Positions 21,060-32,304 of a DNA stretch of 35,744 nt are shown in pieces. Source of the stretch: Pseudomonadota bacterium (lineage in GTDB: Bacteria > Pseudomonadota > Gammaproteobacteria > Burkholderiales > Burkholderiaceae_D). The first letter of the stretch is position 1. Each line of letters begins with the position of its first letter. The notes below the pieces were generated by a model that ran no database searches, was not told the DNA's origin, and saw only the letters and a list, made by a program, of their open reading frames with translations. The translations under genes were made by a program, and so were the position numbers. The stretch is taken from assembly GCA_041174665.1 (NCBI GenBank), contig JBEDGK010000050.1, forward strand, positions 1 to 35,744. Reading direction: 5' to 3'.

Positions 21060-21809
21060 TCAGGCATCTGCCGGATCCGAATAAGCTGCAGGGGCAATTA
21101 CCCGCATTTCGGATTCTATCCAATTTTCGACCTTGGCCATCAATTCGGCTGGGGTGAGGTCCTCCGGCGCAATCGGCTTGCCGATGGATACCGTGATCAG
21201 TCCCGGTGTTTTGATGAAGGCATTACGTGGCCAGCAGTCACCAGAATTGATTGCAATCGGCACGATCGGCGTGTTGGTGCCGATCGCCAGTATCGCGCCG
21301 CCTGCTTTGTAGTGGCCTTGTTTGCCGACTGGGGTACGGGTGCCTTCGGGGAACATGATCACCCACTGGCCATCGTCCAGCCGCTGTTTGCCGACACGGA
21401 TCACTTGCGCCATGGCGTCCCGGCCTTTACTGCGGTCGATAGCGATCATGCGCAGCATCGCCAGCCCCCAACCAAAAAAGGGAATGTAGAGCAGAGATTT
21501 CTTGAACACGAAGATCAGTGGGCGCGGCATCAGCCAGCAATAAAAAATCGTCTCCCAGGCCGACTGGTGCTTGGATAGCAGGACGACCGGCGCATCCGGC
21601 AGATTTTCCATGCCTTTGACTTGCCAGCGTATGCCGCAAGCGTAGTAAGCAGCCAGCGTGATGAACACGTTCCAGCGCGTGATCATCCAGTAGCGCTGAC
21701 GGTAGGGCAGCAAGATGAAGACAAAGCATGCGAGCGCCCAGATGACCGTAATCAGCAGGATGAGTAGCGCGAACAGCAGAGATCGCATGAACAGCACAGG
21801 ACGATACAT
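21060..21809 (-). CDS. plsC: 1-acyl-sn-glycerol-3-phosphate acyltransferase
   Basis: KHQSAWET, IDR and FPEGTR acyltransferase blocks. Confidence 0.92.
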   Translation of the reverse strand: MYRPVLFMRSLLFALLILLITVIWALACFVFILLPYRQRYWMITRWNVFITLAAYYACGIRWQVKGMENLPDAPVVLLSKHQSAWETIFYCWLMPRPLIFVFKKSLLYIPFFGWGLAMLRMIAIDRSKGRDAMAQVIRVGKQRLDDGQWVIMFPEGTRTPVGKQGHYKAGGAILAIGTNTPIVPIAINSGDCWPRNAFIKTPGLITVSIGKPIAPEDLTPAELMAKVENWIESEMRVIAPAAYSDPADA

Positions 21810-21855
21810 TCAGTTTCCGTATAACGCGGGCTCGAGGCGCGCCGCTGATTAAAAA

Positions 21856-22449
21856 TTATTTTTTCTTGGTCAACGCTGCGCGTGCCATGTCTACCGTGTC
21901 GGGCGCTGCCTGCTCTGCATGCAGAAGACGATCGACCAGGTTGGAGAGATCATCGAAGATCTTGGTGCCCGGCGGCAGGTCACTCTTTGCCAGCGTTTGC
22001 TCTCCATTACCCGTCCTTACGAGATAAGGTGCGGCGCCAACTTGCGCTGCAGCCTGCAAGTCGCGCAAGGAATCACCGACCACGGGCATGTTGTGCAAGC
22101 TGACCTCAAAGCGCTGTCCTATCGACAGCAGCATGCCGGGATTCGGCTTCCTGCAGTCGCAGTGCGCATCCGGCGCGTGGGGACAGTAAAAGATCGCGTC
22201 GATTCGCGCGCCGACTGCCTGTGCCGACTGGTGAAGTTTCTGGTGTATCGCGCACAAGGCCTTCATGTCAAACAAGCCGCGCGCGATGCCGGCCTGATTA
22301 GTCGCTACAGCCACCCGATAGCCATGCTGATTCAGCCGTGCGATCGCCTCCAGCGAACCGGGAATCGCGATCCATTCCTGCGGCGACTTGATATAGGCAT
22401 CCGAATCAAAGTTGATCACGCCATCGCGGTCAAGGACGATCAGTTTCAT
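21856..22449 (-). CDS. gmhB: D-glycero-D-manno-heptose 1,7-bisphosphate phosphatase
   Basis: LDRDGVIN, TNQ.G, CPH...CDCRKP.PG, VGD..RD; start at MKLIVLD. Confidence 0.95.
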   Translation of the reverse strand: MKLIVLDRDGVINFDSDAYIKSPQEWIAIPGSLEAIARLNQHGYRVAVATNQAGIARGLFDMKALCAIHQKLHQSAQAVGARIDAIFYCPHAPDAHCDCRKPNPGMLLSIGQRFEVSLHNMPVVGDSLRDLQAAAQVGAAPYLVRTGNGEQTLAKSDLPPGTKIFDDLSNLVDRLLHAEQAAPDTVDMARAALTKKK

Positions 22450-22488
22450 GTTCAGGTCGCTGGCAGGCACGCAAAGTTTCCGGATTCG

Positions 22489-24588
22489 TCAGGCCGCGAG
22501 CCGTGAGATATCCGCGACGCGATTCATCATCGCATGCAGTGACTGCAGGAGTGCGAGGCGGTTAGTACGCAGCGCCGTATCCTCAGCCATCACCATCACC
22601 TCATTGAAGAACGTATCGACGTCGTCGCGCAGCGCCGCGAGCGCTTGAAGGGTCGCGCTGAAATCCGCTTTCGCAAACGCGTGATCTACGGCCTGTCGGG
22701 TCTCGGTCATGGCGCCATAGAGCGCCTGCTCGGCTGGTTCAGCCAGCAGCTTGGGTTGCACCTCGCCATGGATGCCTTCGTTTTTCTTCAGGATGTTGGT
22801 GATGCGCTTGTTGGCAGCTGCCAGCGAGGACGCCTCAGGCAGCGCAGCGAAAATTTTCACGGCGTCAAGGCGCTCGAGAATATCGTCGAGCCGGTCGGGC
22901 GTCTGGGAAACTACAGCTTCCACCGCATCCTGCGCATGACCACGCTCGCGCAGCAGACCGCGCAGGCGGTCATAAACAAAGGCTTGAACATCCGCTATCG
23001 GATCAGTGAACTGAGGGTTACCCGTAAATTGAGACGCCGCTTGGCGCAGCAGATGCGACAGTGACAGCGGCAGCTTTTTCTCAACCAGCATGCGCAGCAT
23101 ACCCAGTGCATGACGGCGCAGCGCAAAGGGATCTTTATCGCCGGTAGGGGCGAGGCCGATACCCCAGATACCCACCAGTGTTTCTAGTTTGTCGGCCATC
23201 GCGACCACGGTACCGGTGCGAGTGGCAGGCAACGCATCGCCGGCAAAGCGCGGCTGATAATGCTCGCCAATCGCCGCAGCGACCTCATCCGGCTCGCCAT
23301 CATGGCGCGCGTAGTACGTGCCCATGATGCCTTGAAGCTCGGGGAACTCACCCACCATGTCCGTCAGCAGATCGGCTTTTGACAGCTGCGCTGCACGCTT
23401 GGCCAGCGCGACATTTGCACCCAGTGATTCGGCAATGGAAGCCGCGATCGCCACCACGCGCTCATTGCGCTGCGCCTGCGAGCCGAGCTTGTTGTGATAA
23501 ACCACGCTGGAGAGTCCGGATACGCGGTCAAAGAGTTTTTTCTTCTTGTCTTGCTCGAAAAAGAACTTGGCATCCGATAGGCGGGGGCGCACCACGCGCT
23601 CATTGCCACCGATGATGTGCTGCGGATCAGTGGTTTCCAGGTTCGATACGATCAGAAAGCGCGAGCGCAGCCTGCCGCTGGTATCCGTCAGCGCGAAATA
23701 CTTCTGATTGGTCTGCATGGTCAGGATCAGGCATTCCTGCGGTACAGACAGGAAGGCCTCGTCGAAATGGCACTCATAGACCACCGGCCATTCCACCAGG
23801 GCGCTCACTTCATCCAGCAGCGCTTCGGGCATCAGAATATGATCGTTACCCGCTTTGGTTTGCAGGGCAGTACGGATTTTTTCTTTGCGTATGTCGTAGC
23901 TCGCGATGACCCGGCCATCTTCCTCGAGTATCTCAGCATAGCGTTCGGCTGAGGTAATCACCAGCGAGGGCTTGCGCGACAAGAATCGGTGGCCGAGCGT
24001 TGTCTGCGACGATTGCAGCCCCAAAATAGATAGAGGTACGACGTTGTCATCGAGGAGCGCAATCAGACCGTGTACAGGACGCACGAAATGAACGGTGTCG
24101 CCACTTGGGCGCTGGTAGCTCATCAGCTTTGGAATCGGCAACTTGGCAATGCTTTCTTCCAGCGTGATTTGCAAGCCACTGGCCAGCGGTTGACCGGGTG
24201 CGGTGTAGGTGAAGAAGAAGCTCTCGGCCTTGCCATCGCTGGCGCGCTCAAGTTCGGACAGCGCGATGCTCTCGCGTCCGGCCTGCGCTGCCAGCGCAGC
24301 GAGCTTTTTGGTCAGTGGCGCCGCAGGCTGGCCTTCTTTGTCCAGTGCGACAGAGACGGGCAGTACTTTCTCGCGGATCTGCTTGTCCGGCGAAGAGCCG
24401 CGCACGCCTTGTATGGAGACCGCCAGACGACGCGGGCTGGCGTAGGCAGTGAAACGGGCGCCTTCATCGAGCAGCGCACGTGACGACAGGCCATTGAACA
24501 TCGCAGTGGCGAAAGCATCGCCCAGTTTGCCTAATGCCTTCGGAGGGAGTTCTTCGGTCAGCAGTTCGACCAGCAGTGTGTGCTTCAT
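22489..24588 (-). CDS. glyS: Glycine-tRNA ligase beta subunit
   Basis: [39 protein letters not shown]. Confidence 0.97.
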   Translation of the reverse strand: MKHTLLVELLTEELPPKALGKLGDAFATAMFNGLSSRALLDEGARFTAYASPRRLAVSIQGVRGSSPDKQIREKVLPVSVALDKEGQPAAPLTKKLAALAAQAGRESIALSELERASDGKAESFFFTYTAPGQPLASGLQITLEESIAKLPIPKLMSYQRPSGDTVHFVRPVHGLIALLDDNVVPLSILGLQSSQTTLGHRFLSRKPSLVITSAERYAEILEEDGRVIASYDIRKEKIRTALQTKAGNDHILMPEALLDEVSALVEWPVVYECHFDEAFLSVPQECLILTMQTNQKYFALTDTSGRLRSRFLIVSNLETTDPQHIIGGNERVVRPRLSDAKFFFEQDKKKKLFDRVSGLSSVVYHNKLGSQAQRNERVVAIAASIAESLGANVALAKRAAQLSKADLLTDMVGEFPELQGIMGTYYARHDGEPDEVAAAIGEHYQPRFAGDALPATRTGTVVAMADKLETLVGIWGIGLAPTGDKDPFALRRHALGMLRMLVEKKLPLSLSHLLRQAASQFTGNPQFTDPIADVQAFVYDRLRGLLRERGHAQDAVEAVVSQTPDRLDDILERLDAVKIFAALPEASSLAAANKRITNILKKNEGIHGEVQPKLLAEPAEQALYGAMTETRQAVDHAFAKADFSATLQALAALRDDVDTFFNEVMVMAEDTALRTNRLALLQSLHAMMNRVADISRLAA

Positions 24589-24619
24589 GGTGTTCAGTCG
24601 TTGTGTTCGTCAGTGCTGG

Positions 24620-25540
24620 TCAGGCTGCCTTGCTCGCATCGCCCAGCATCGGGAAACCAAGCTGCTCGCGCGAGGCGTAATATGCTTGCGCAACGGCGCG
24701 CGCCAGATGTCGGATGCGCCCAATGTAGGCAGCACGCTCAGTCACCGAGATCGCGCCGCGCGCATCCAGCAGATTGAAGGTATGCGCGGCCTTCAGCACC
24801 ATCTCATACGCGGGCAGCGCCAGTGGCACGGCCATCAGCCGTTGTGCCTCGGCTTCGTAGCTGGAGAATAGCGAGAACAAAAACTCAGCATTCGAGTGCT
24901 CGAAGTTGTAGCCAGATTGCTCGACTTCGTTCTGATGGAAGACATCGCCATAGGTCAGATGCTTTCTAACACCGCGCTCTTCCCATTCAGTCCATACCAG
25001 ATCGAATACGTTTTCAACGCCCTGCAGGTACATCGCCAGACGCTCGATGCCATAAGTGATCTCGCCCAGTACGGGCTTGCAGTCGATGCCACCCACTTGC
25101 TGGAAGTAGGTGAACTGGGTGACTTCCATGCCATTTAGCCAGACTTCCCAGCCCAGACCCCATGCGCCCAGTGTCGGGTTCTCCCAGTCGTCTTCGACGA
25201 AGCGAACGTCGTTTTCGGTCAGCGTCAGTCCCAGCGCTGCGAGTGAGCCGAGATAGAGATCAAGAATGTTTTCCGGCGCAGGCTTGAGCACCACCTGATA
25301 CTGATAGTAGTGCTGCATGCGGTTGGGATTCTCGCCGTAGCGACCATCCTTGGGGCGGCGCGATGGCTGCACGTACGCGGCGCGCCAGGGCTCGGGGCCG
25401 ATCGCGCGCAGGAAGGTGGCGGTGTGCGAGGTACCGGCGCCGACCTCCATGTCATACGGTTGCAGCAGCGCGCATCCTTGCGCATCCCAGTATTCCTGCA
25501 GTTTCAGGATGATTTGTTGGAAGGTCGGTTTTGTGTTCAT
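24620..25540 (-). CDS. glyQ: Glycine-tRNA ligase alpha subunit
   Basis: [44 protein letters not shown]. Confidence 0.98.
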   Translation of the reverse strand: MNTKPTFQQIILKLQEYWDAQGCALLQPYDMEVGAGTSHTATFLRAIGPEPWRAAYVQPSRRPKDGRYGENPNRMQHYYQYQVVLKPAPENILDLYLGSLAALGLTLTENDVRFVEDDWENPTLGAWGLGWEVWLNGMEVTQFTYFQQVGGIDCKPVLGEITYGIERLAMYLQGVENVFDLVWTEWEERGVRKHLTYGDVFHQNEVEQSGYNFEHSNAEFLFSLFSSYEAEAQRLMAVPLALPAYEMVLKAAHTFNLLDARGAISVTERAAYIGRIRHLARAVAQAYYASREQLGFPMLGDASKAA

Positions 25541-25635
25541 GGGAAACGGTATCGGTACAGGTGAAGCATGTAGGCGCCACGGGGTGAGACGTTCGATGAA
25601 CCGGAATGCAAGCCAGTCAAATGCCAGAGAGCCAC

Positions 25636-25716
25636 TGGATCCCGGCCTGCGCCGGGATGACGATTTTTGTAATTCAACAGCCTTTCAATCGTCGCCCCGG
25701 CGCAGGCCGGGGCCCA
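25636..25716. repeat. Inverted pair of CGTC-type REP palindromes
   Basis: 25636-25662(-) CGTCATCCCGGCGCAGGCCGGGATCCA and 25690-25716(+) CGTCGCCCCGGCGCAGGCCGGGGCCCA, 27-bp AT-rich spacer, in the lnt-glyQ spacer. Confidence 0.85.
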
Positions 25717-25782
25717 GCATCTTTCTGGATTGGGTCAGGGATCTTTACGCTGAATAGCCCGGCATCCGGCAAACCCAGAATT

Positions 25783-27357
25783 TTAGCCGTTTTTGCTACG
25801 CCCAAGACGCTTGAGACCCGGTAAAGCGAGCAGCGCCAGCGCCAGCCCGACAGGAAGTGTATTACCTAGCCAGATATAGGGCGTAGCCCCTTGCATGCCC
25901 TGCACCGAAGCCTCCAGCGTGCCGTGCGTAAAGGCCGGCAAGCTCGCGACGATCTGCCCTCGACCGTCAATGACGGCGGTAGCGCCGGTATTGGTCGCGC
26001 GCAGCATCGGCCGGCCCGTCTCCAGCGTGCGCATCTGGGAGATTTGCAGATGCTGGGGCAGAGCGATGGTGTCACCAAACCATGCAATGTTGGAAACATT
26101 CAGCAAGATGCTGGGTACCGGAGTTCCTCGGTCAAGGGCGGCCGCGATCTGCGCTGCGATTTCTTCGCCAAACAAATCTTCGTAGCAGATGTTTGGCAAT
26201 ACCCACTGCTCACGCACATCAATCGGCGCCTGGTAGCGTGCGCCGCGCCCGAAGTCACCTAGCGGCATTTTCATTAGATCCACGAACCAGCGCGTGCCCG
26301 GCGGTATGAATTCACCAAAGGGAACGAGATGATGCTTGTCGTAGCGATACAGTGTGGACTGAGCAAAAGAAAAGCCGATGACGCTGTTCAGATAGATGCC
26401 GGGTTCGGTAGTCCACGGCACGCCCACCACCAGTGTGCTGTTGCTATCCCATGCAAAATGGGCGAGTTGCTCAATGTAGCCGGGTGGCAGTTGTGTCGAC
26501 AGCAGCGGCAGCGCAGTCTCAGGAGTCGCAATCAAATCAGCCGGTGCCTCCGTGATCATCTGGCGGTACATCGACAATGAGGCTTCAATATTCTTTGCGT
26601 CGAATTTCATCTGCTGCGGCACATTGCCTTGTAGTAGACGCGCATGGATGGGTTTGCCCAGAGGCTGGGTCCATTCAATGCGGTTCAGTACAAGACTGCA
26701 TGCTGCCAGTGCTATCAGCACGCTGATTGCGGCAAGGTGCAGTCGCCATTGATGCAGCATGAGACCTAGCGATCCTGCGGCCACCGCAGCCAGCCCGCCA
26801 ACGCCATACACGCCGATCAACGGTGCATACGCTGCGAGCGGACTAGTCGTGTGCGCGTAGCCTGTAGCGACCCAGGAGAAACCCGTGAATATCCAGCCGC
26901 GGGTCCAGTCAGCCAGCATCCAGCAGGCGGGCAGGATGGCAATGGCCGAGAATGCCTTGCTATTGGCGCGCAACCCAGCCCAGGCAGCCAGCCAAATCGC
27001 CAATCCGTACAGCAGGCCCAGACTGGCCGACAGCAGTACGACCGCCAGCGCTGCAACTGGCGCTGGCATCTCGCCATAAATATGCAGGCTCACATAAAGC
27101 CAGTGCGTGCCACTCAGGAGGGCGGAAGTACCAAAGGTCCACCCGAGCAGAAACCCATCGCGTGCGCGAGTGGTACAGAGGAACAGATGAGACAGCAGCG
27201 CCAGACACGCAAGTTGCAACGGCCATGCATGAAAAGGAGCAAACGCAAACACGGTCGCGGCACCGGCCAACGCCGATAGCAGTAGCGTGGTGCGAGACCG
27301 TGGTCGCAGGGCAGGAACGGCTTGACCGGTTCCGGGATCAGACGCAGGAATGAACAT
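25783..27357 (-). CDS. lnt: Apolipoprotein N-acyltransferase
   Basis: Multiple TM helices, QGNVPQ..K, PETA, YDKHHLVPFGE, ICYE, SN.AWFG, RATNTG. Confidence 0.96.
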   Translation of the reverse strand: MFIPASDPGTGQAVPALRPRSRTTLLLSALAGAATVFAFAPFHAWPLQLACLALLSHLFLCTTRARDGFLLGWTFGTSALLSGTHWLYVSLHIYGEMPAPVAALAVVLLSASLGLLYGLAIWLAAWAGLRANSKAFSAIAILPACWMLADWTRGWIFTGFSWVATGYAHTTSPLAAYAPLIGVYGVGGLAAVAAGSLGLMLHQWRLHLAAISVLIALAACSLVLNRIEWTQPLGKPIHARLLQGNVPQQMKFDAKNIEASLSMYRQMITEAPADLIATPETALPLLSTQLPPGYIEQLAHFAWDSNSTLVVGVPWTTEPGIYLNSVIGFSFAQSTLYRYDKHHLVPFGEFIPPGTRWFVDLMKMPLGDFGRGARYQAPIDVREQWVLPNICYEDLFGEEIAAQIAAALDRGTPVPSILLNVSNIAWFGDTIALPQHLQISQMRTLETGRPMLRATNTGATAVIDGRGQIVASLPAFTHGTLEASVQGMQGATPYIWLGNTLPVGLALALLALPGLKRLGRSKNG

Positions 27358-27384
27358 CAGTCAAGGTGCGCCGCATGCGGCGCA

Positions 27385-28272
27385 TCAGCTGGCTTCTCCG
27401 AGGGCGCGCTGCGGCAGTTTTTCAACCAGCAGCACATGCACCTGACGAGCATCGGCACGCAGCACTTCAAAGCGAAGATCATCGATCTCGAATTGTTCGC
27501 CCTTACGCGGCATTCGGCCCAGGTGGTTCGCGACCAGGCCCCCGATTGTATCGACATCCTCGTTCGACAGCGCGGTGCCGAGCGCTTCATTGAATTGCTC
27601 GATCTCGGTCAGCGCCTTGACACGCCAGCGCAGACCGACCTCACCATCTTTCACCGGCAGGATGTTGTCTTCTTCTTCATCGAAATCATATTCGTCTTCG
27701 ATATCACCAACGATCTGCTCGAGCACATCTTCAATCGTGATCAGGCCGGCAACGCCACCGTACTCATCGACCACGATGGCGATATGATTGCGGTTCGCTC
27801 GGAAATCGCGCAGCAGCACATTCAGCCGTTTGGATTCGGGGATAAAGACTGCCGGCCGCAACATGTCGCGCAGATCGAATTCGTCTTCCGCGTAGTAGCG
27901 CAGCAAGTCCTTGGCGAGCAAGATCCCGATGACTTTGTCACGGTCACCATCGACGGCAGGAAAGCGTGAATGCGCGGTGGACAATACCATCGGCATCCAT
28001 TCTTCGATCGGACGGGCAACATCGACGACATCCATCTGCGAGCGCGGGATCATGATGTCGCGCGCACCCAGATCAGAGACCTGGAACACACCTTCTATCA
28101 TGGACAAGGCGTCGGCATCGAGCAAATTACGTTCGTGCGCATCGTGAAGCACTTCGAGCAATTCGCTACGGTTTTCTGGTTCGGGAGAAATCAGCGCGGT
28201 CAGGCGCTCGAACAAGGAGCGATGAGGTTTGGAGTGGTCGGCGGCGCGACCGCCAGGGGGATAGTCTTGCAT
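27385..28272 (-). CDS. corC: CBS-domain Mg/Co homeostasis protein (HlyC/CorC)
   Basis: RDIMIPRSQM, HSRFP, LLAKDLL, PESKRL, VDEYGG, EDVLEQIVGDIEDE. Confidence 0.94.
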   Translation of the reverse strand: MQDYPPGGRAADHSKPHRSLFERLTALISPEPENRSELLEVLHDAHERNLLDADALSMIEGVFQVSDLGARDIMIPRSQMDVVDVARPIEEWMPMVLSTAHSRFPAVDGDRDKVIGILLAKDLLRYYAEDEFDLRDMLRPAVFIPESKRLNVLLRDFRANRNHIAIVVDEYGGVAGLITIEDVLEQIVGDIEDEYDFDEEEDNILPVKDGEVGLRWRVKALTEIEQFNEALGTALSNEDVDTIGGLVANHLGRMPRKGEQFEIDDLRFEVLRADARQVHVLLVEKLPQRALGEAS

Positions 28273-28423
28273 ATGGCGTAATGCCAGAGTTCAGGAAGTT
28301 AGAGCATACCGTAAAAAGATCAGCGATCCGAGAGAGCAGGATGCAGATTTGCTAATTTGAAATTCATTGCTCGCCAAAATCCACCAGCAAACGCTGCATG
28401 ATCTGCAGATCAGGCCATTGGCA

Positions 28424-28888
28424 TCAGTTTCGTTGAAGATAAGGATCTGGCACGCCAAGCCGAGCGAGTATCTGGGTTTCGAGCCGTTCCATCTCGGCAG
28501 CGTCGTCGTCATTCTCATGATCATAGCCCTGCGCATGCAGCACGCCATGTACGACAAGATGCGTTGCATGCTGTTCCACTGGCAGACCTTGCTCTTCGGC
28601 TTCTTTTAACAGTACATCAGCACAGAGGACGATATCGGCACGCACGATACCGTCATCAATGCCTTCTTCGCTGTACGAAAAGGTCAGTACATTGGTTGCG
28701 TAATCCTTGCCGCGGTAATCGCGATTGAGTGCGCAGCCTTCATCTGCATCAACAAATCGTATCGTCAACTCAGCAGGAGCGAATTGCGCGGCGAGTACCC
28801 AGCGACGTATCTTTGTGCGGGTGAGCCTATCTGCAAGTCGCCGGTCGGCGAACTGCACAGACAAGGACAACGGATTATTTGCCGGCAT
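28424..28888 (-). CDS. ybeY: rRNA maturation factor YbeY
   Basis: LNRDYRGKDYATNVLTF, HLVVHGVLHAQGYDH; start moved to ATG 28888. Confidence 0.95.
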   Translation of the reverse strand: MPANNPLSLSVQFADRRLADRLTRTKIRRWVLAAQFAPAELTIRFVDADEGCALNRDYRGKDYATNVLTFSYSEEGIDDGIVRADIVLCADVLLKEAEEQGLPVEQHATHLVVHGVLHAQGYDHENDDDAAEMERLETQILARLGVPDPYLQRN

Positions 28889-29924
28889 CACGCAATGCAG
28901 TGGCAGCCGCCGCAGCGCCAGCTGCATCATAAGCATCGACAATACGGCCCACCAGAGGGTGACGTACCACATCGGCGCTGGTGAAGCGCGTGAATGCAAT
29001 ACCGCGTACGGAGGAGAGCACACTCATTGCATCGACCAGCCCGCTTTTCTGGCCACGCTGCAAGTCGATCTGTGTGACATCGCCAGTCACCACGGCCTTG
29101 CTGCCAAAGCCTATTCGCGTGAGGAACATCTTCATTTGTTCCGGGGTGGTGTTTTGTGCTTCATCGAGGATGATGAACGCATGGTTCAGCGTCCGTCCGC
29201 GCATGTATGCCAGTGGCGCAATCTCGATCGCTTGTTTTTCGAACATTTTTTGCGTGCGATCGAAGCCAAGCAAATCGTACAAAGCGTCATATAGGGGTCG
29301 CAGGTAGGGATCAACCTTTTGTGCCAGATCGCCGGGCAGAAAACCCAGTCGTTCGCCGGCTTCGACGGCCGGTCGCGTTAGCACGATGCGGCGCACCGCG
29401 TCGCGCTCGAGTGCATCGACCGCGCAGGCTACTGCCAGATAGGTTTTACCGGTGCCAGCTGGGCCTACGCCGAAAGTCACATCATGCTCGAGAATCGCTT
29501 TCAGATATTGTCCCTGGTGGGGCGTGCGGCCGCGCAGATCGCTGCGGCGGGTACGCAATACCGGGCTGTCAGGCTGATCGTCAGGTTCTTTGGCCAGAAT
29601 CGCTGGTTTGTCCGTTTGGGTCGCCGCTTTGTGCTCGACCAAGGCAAGCTGAATCTCTTCGATGGATATCGGATGATCTGCGGCCTCATAGAATTTTTTG
29701 AGCATCTCGACTGCACGCTGGGCATGAAGACCATCGGCGATGAATTTTTCACCGCGCCGAAACAGCGTCACGTCCAGCGCCGCGGCAATTTGGCGCAGGT
29801 TTTCATCGACCGGACCGCACAGATTCGCCAGACGGATGTTGTCGACGGGCTCGGGAGAAAAATAGCGTGGCGGGGTCTGCGCAGTTTTAGCGCTGCCCCG
29901 GGGCGTACTGTTGGCCGATTTCAT
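28875..29924 (-). CDS. phoH: PhoH-like ATPase (YbeZ)
   Basis: [39 protein letters not shown]. Confidence 0.95.
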   Translation of the reverse strand: MKSANSTPRGSAKTAQTPPRYFSPEPVDNIRLANLCGPVDENLRQIAAALDVTLFRRGEKFIADGLHAQRAVEMLKKFYEAADHPISIEEIQLALVEHKAATQTDKPAILAKEPDDQPDSPVLRTRRSDLRGRTPHQGQYLKAILEHDVTFGVGPAGTGKTYLAVACAVDALERDAVRRIVLTRPAVEAGERLGFLPGDLAQKVDPYLRPLYDALYDLLGFDRTQKMFEKQAIEIAPLAYMRGRTLNHAFIILDEAQNTTPEQMKMFLTRIGFGSKAVVTGDVTQIDLQRGQKSGLVDAMSVLSSVRGIAFTRFTSADVVRHPLVGRIVDAYDAAGAAAAATALRDAGK

Positions 29925-31261
29925 GTTGTCACCACCACGTCACCGCGCAACGAGAAGGGGTGGCTCTCATTGATATGCACGTCAATGAACTGTCCGACCA
30001 GCCGCGACGTGTTGGGTCCTCCGTCAAAGTTGACCACGCGATTGTTCTCTGTTCGACCTTGTAATTCATTCGGGTTTCGCTTGGAGGGGCCTTCGACCAG
30101 CACGCGCTGCACGCTGCCCACCATCGCATCCGAGTAACGGCGAGTGTTGTCGGCGATGACTTTCTGCAGTCGCTGAAGCCGGCCGAGCTTCACTTCTTGA
30201 GCGGTATCATCAGGCAGATTGGCCGCTGGCGTGCCGGGACGGGGGCTGAATATGAAAGAGAAGCTGTTGTCATAGCCGATATCATCGACCAGCTTCATCA
30301 GTGCCTCGAAATCCGCGTCGGTTTCGCCGGGAAATCCGACGATGAAATCAGAAGATATCGTGATATCTGGCCGCACTTCGCGCAAACGGCGAATGATGGA
30401 TTTGTATTCAAGAACAGTGTAGCCACGTTTCATTGCGGCTAGTATCTTGTCCGAACCGTGCTGTGCCGGCAGATAAAGATGGTTCACCAGCTTGGGCACA
30501 CGAGCGTAGACATCAATCAGACGCTGGGTAAATTCTTTTGGATGGCTGGTTACATAACGAATGCGCTCTATGCCATCGAATTCGGCGAGATACTCAATCA
30601 GCAGCGCAAAATCTGCAGTGTGGCCATCCGACATCATGCCGCGATAGGCATTCACGTTCTGGCCGAGCAGGGTGATCTCCCTCACACCCTGCGAGACTAG
30701 CTGGGCGACTTCGCCGAGCACATCATCGAAGCGGCGCGAGACTTCTTCGCCACGGGTGTACGGAACCACACAATAGCTGCAGTATTTGCTGCAGCCTTCC
30801 ATGATCGAAACGAAGGCGCTCACACCCTCTACACGGGCCGGCGGCAAATGGTCAAATTTTTCTACCTCTGGGAAACTGATATCAATTTGCGCACGACCTT
30901 TGGTGCGCCGCGCATGCAGCATGTCGGGCAGCCGATGCAAGGTCTGGGGGCCGAATACGAGATCAACATACGGAGCGCGCTTCACAATGGTTTCACCTTC
31001 TTGTGATGCGACGCATCCACCGACACCGATGATCAGGGCGGGATTTTTTTGCTTCAGTTCACGAACACGACCCAAATCGGAAAATACTTTCTCTTGCGCT
31101 TTCTCGCGAACGGAGCAGGTATTGAACAAAATGATATCGGCATCCTCGGGCGAGTCGGTTTTGATCACACCTTCGGCTTCGCGAAGCACGTCCGCCATTT
31201 TGTCCGAGTCATACTCGTTCATTTGGCAGCCAAAGGTCTTGATGAATAATTTTTTTTGCAT
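29921..31261 (-). CDS. miaB: tRNA i6A37 methylthiotransferase
   Basis: TFGCQMN, NTCSVRE, GCVA, radical [22 protein letters not shown]-terminal TRAM domain. Confidence 0.98.
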   Translation of the reverse strand: MQKKLFIKTFGCQMNEYDSDKMADVLREAEGVIKTDSPEDADIILFNTCSVREKAQEKVFSDLGRVRELKQKNPALIIGVGGCVASQEGETIVKRAPYVDLVFGPQTLHRLPDMLHARRTKGRAQIDISFPEVEKFDHLPPARVEGVSAFVSIMEGCSKYCSYCVVPYTRGEEVSRRFDDVLGEVAQLVSQGVREITLLGQNVNAYRGMMSDGHTADFALLIEYLAEFDGIERIRYVTSHPKEFTQRLIDVYARVPKLVNHLYLPAQHGSDKILAAMKRGYTVLEYKSIIRRLREVRPDITISSDFIVGFPGETDADFEALMKLVDDIGYDNSFSFIFSPRPGTPAANLPDDTAQEVKLGRLQRLQKVIADNTRRYSDAMVGSVQRVLVEGPSKRNPNELQGRTENNRVVNFDGGPNTSRLVGQFIDVHINESHPFSLRGDVVVTT

Positions 31262-31348
31262 GAATCAGAGAGCGTGGCGCCGGACTGTGTACGCAAACCC
31301 AATGATCGGGTGACCAAAGTATCGTCGGCGCGAGGGGTGATGCACAAA

Positions 31349-31357
31349 ATTATAGCA
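31349..31357 (-). promoter_or_regulatory. Extended -10 promoter for the miaB operon
   Basis: Minus strand TGc-TATAAT about 88 nt upstream of miaB. Confidence 0.55.
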
Positions 31358-31578
31358 GGAGCGTCAATGACTTACCGCCGCCTCAGATCTTTTTTGTCCC
31401 TCAGGTAGCCTGCCCAAAAAGAGTTGCTGCACCATCCTGGAGATCTGGTCCGCTGCTGCCGGGACTACGATCAGTCGCTTACATTGCTTGGTTTGGGCTA
31501 TCTCGAGCGACATTTCCGTTTCAATCCCGGTGCAGCGTTGTTGCCCGCCTCAAGTCCGGCTGATCCGGGATACTGGTC

Positions 31579-32304
31579 TCAGAAAACTGCCGAGAAGGCA
31601 ATGCCGCCATAGCTAACCGAGGGTTCATCACGCGGCTTTTCTTTTCCTGCGGTGAAGTCTAGGGTGAACTTGCTGCTCAGCGGGATCGCAATGAAAACAC
31701 CCGCAGCGCGTGTCTCATAATTATCTCCGCTCAGGCGCTTGGTCTCGATGCCGGTGCGCCAGCGCTCTGCTGGCCGGAATCCGGCGCGTAATCGCGCAAA
31801 GCTGCTACCGAGTCCAAGAGCATAGTTAGCGATCAGGTCGGCATCGAAACCGCCGACCAGTGGCGTGTAGGCCATCAGCTGTGGATTCAGCGTGACAACG
31901 CTCCCTGTTTTTTCATCTCTGGGCTCGAAAGGACTCAGCCGGATGTTACGGTAGCCGACCGTTGCCGATACGTCCAGTGACCTCGGGCCGAATTGCCATG
32001 CGTGGCCCACGCCGCCCTCGATGCCATGCACAGTGCCATGGATATCTTCTGACGGACCCCTTTGAGTCGATGAGAACCGATAACGAATCGTGCTGAACAC
32101 GACCTTCCGGTACCAACCTCGCCCGAGAGTCTCGCCCTCCATCGGCATGACAGTGCCCAAGTAGCCGTAGCTGCTGTTCGACGAGCCCTCGGCACCCGAG
32201 AACACCACATTGTCTGCCTGTACCGTTGGAGATAGAGCACCCAGGCATATCACTACGCTGAGGCGGGTGGTAAGCGGCAGGAAATTTCGTGTGGTGCGAT
32301 ACAT
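31579..32304 (-). CDS. bcsS: BcsS-like outer-membrane beta-barrel protein (cellulose biosynthesis protein BcsS family)
   Basis: Signal peptide ending VQA-D, alternating amphipathic beta strands, SSYGYLG..P..G..LG.GW...RYRF and FARLRAGF patterns recalled for BcsS, terminal Phe; TAATG coupling to the bcsA stop. Confidence 0.7.
   Translation of the reverse strand: MYRTTRNFLPLTTRLSVVICLGALSPTVQADNVVFSGAEGSSNSSYGYLGTVMPMEGETLGRGWYRKVVFSTIRYRFSSTQRGPSEDIHGTVHGIEGGVGHAWQFGPRSLDVSATVGYRNIRLSPFEPRDEKTGSVVTLNPQLMAYTPLVGGFDADLIANYALGLGSSFARLRAGFRPAERWRTGIETKRLSGDNYETRAAGVFIAIPLSSKFTLDFTAGKEKPRDEPSVSYGGIAFSAVF

Noticed and set aside
31262-31578. attR-like duplication of the tRNA-Met 3' end bounding an integrative element
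   Set aside because: No copy of TGGTGGTGATAGGTG was found by eye and there is no integrase gene.
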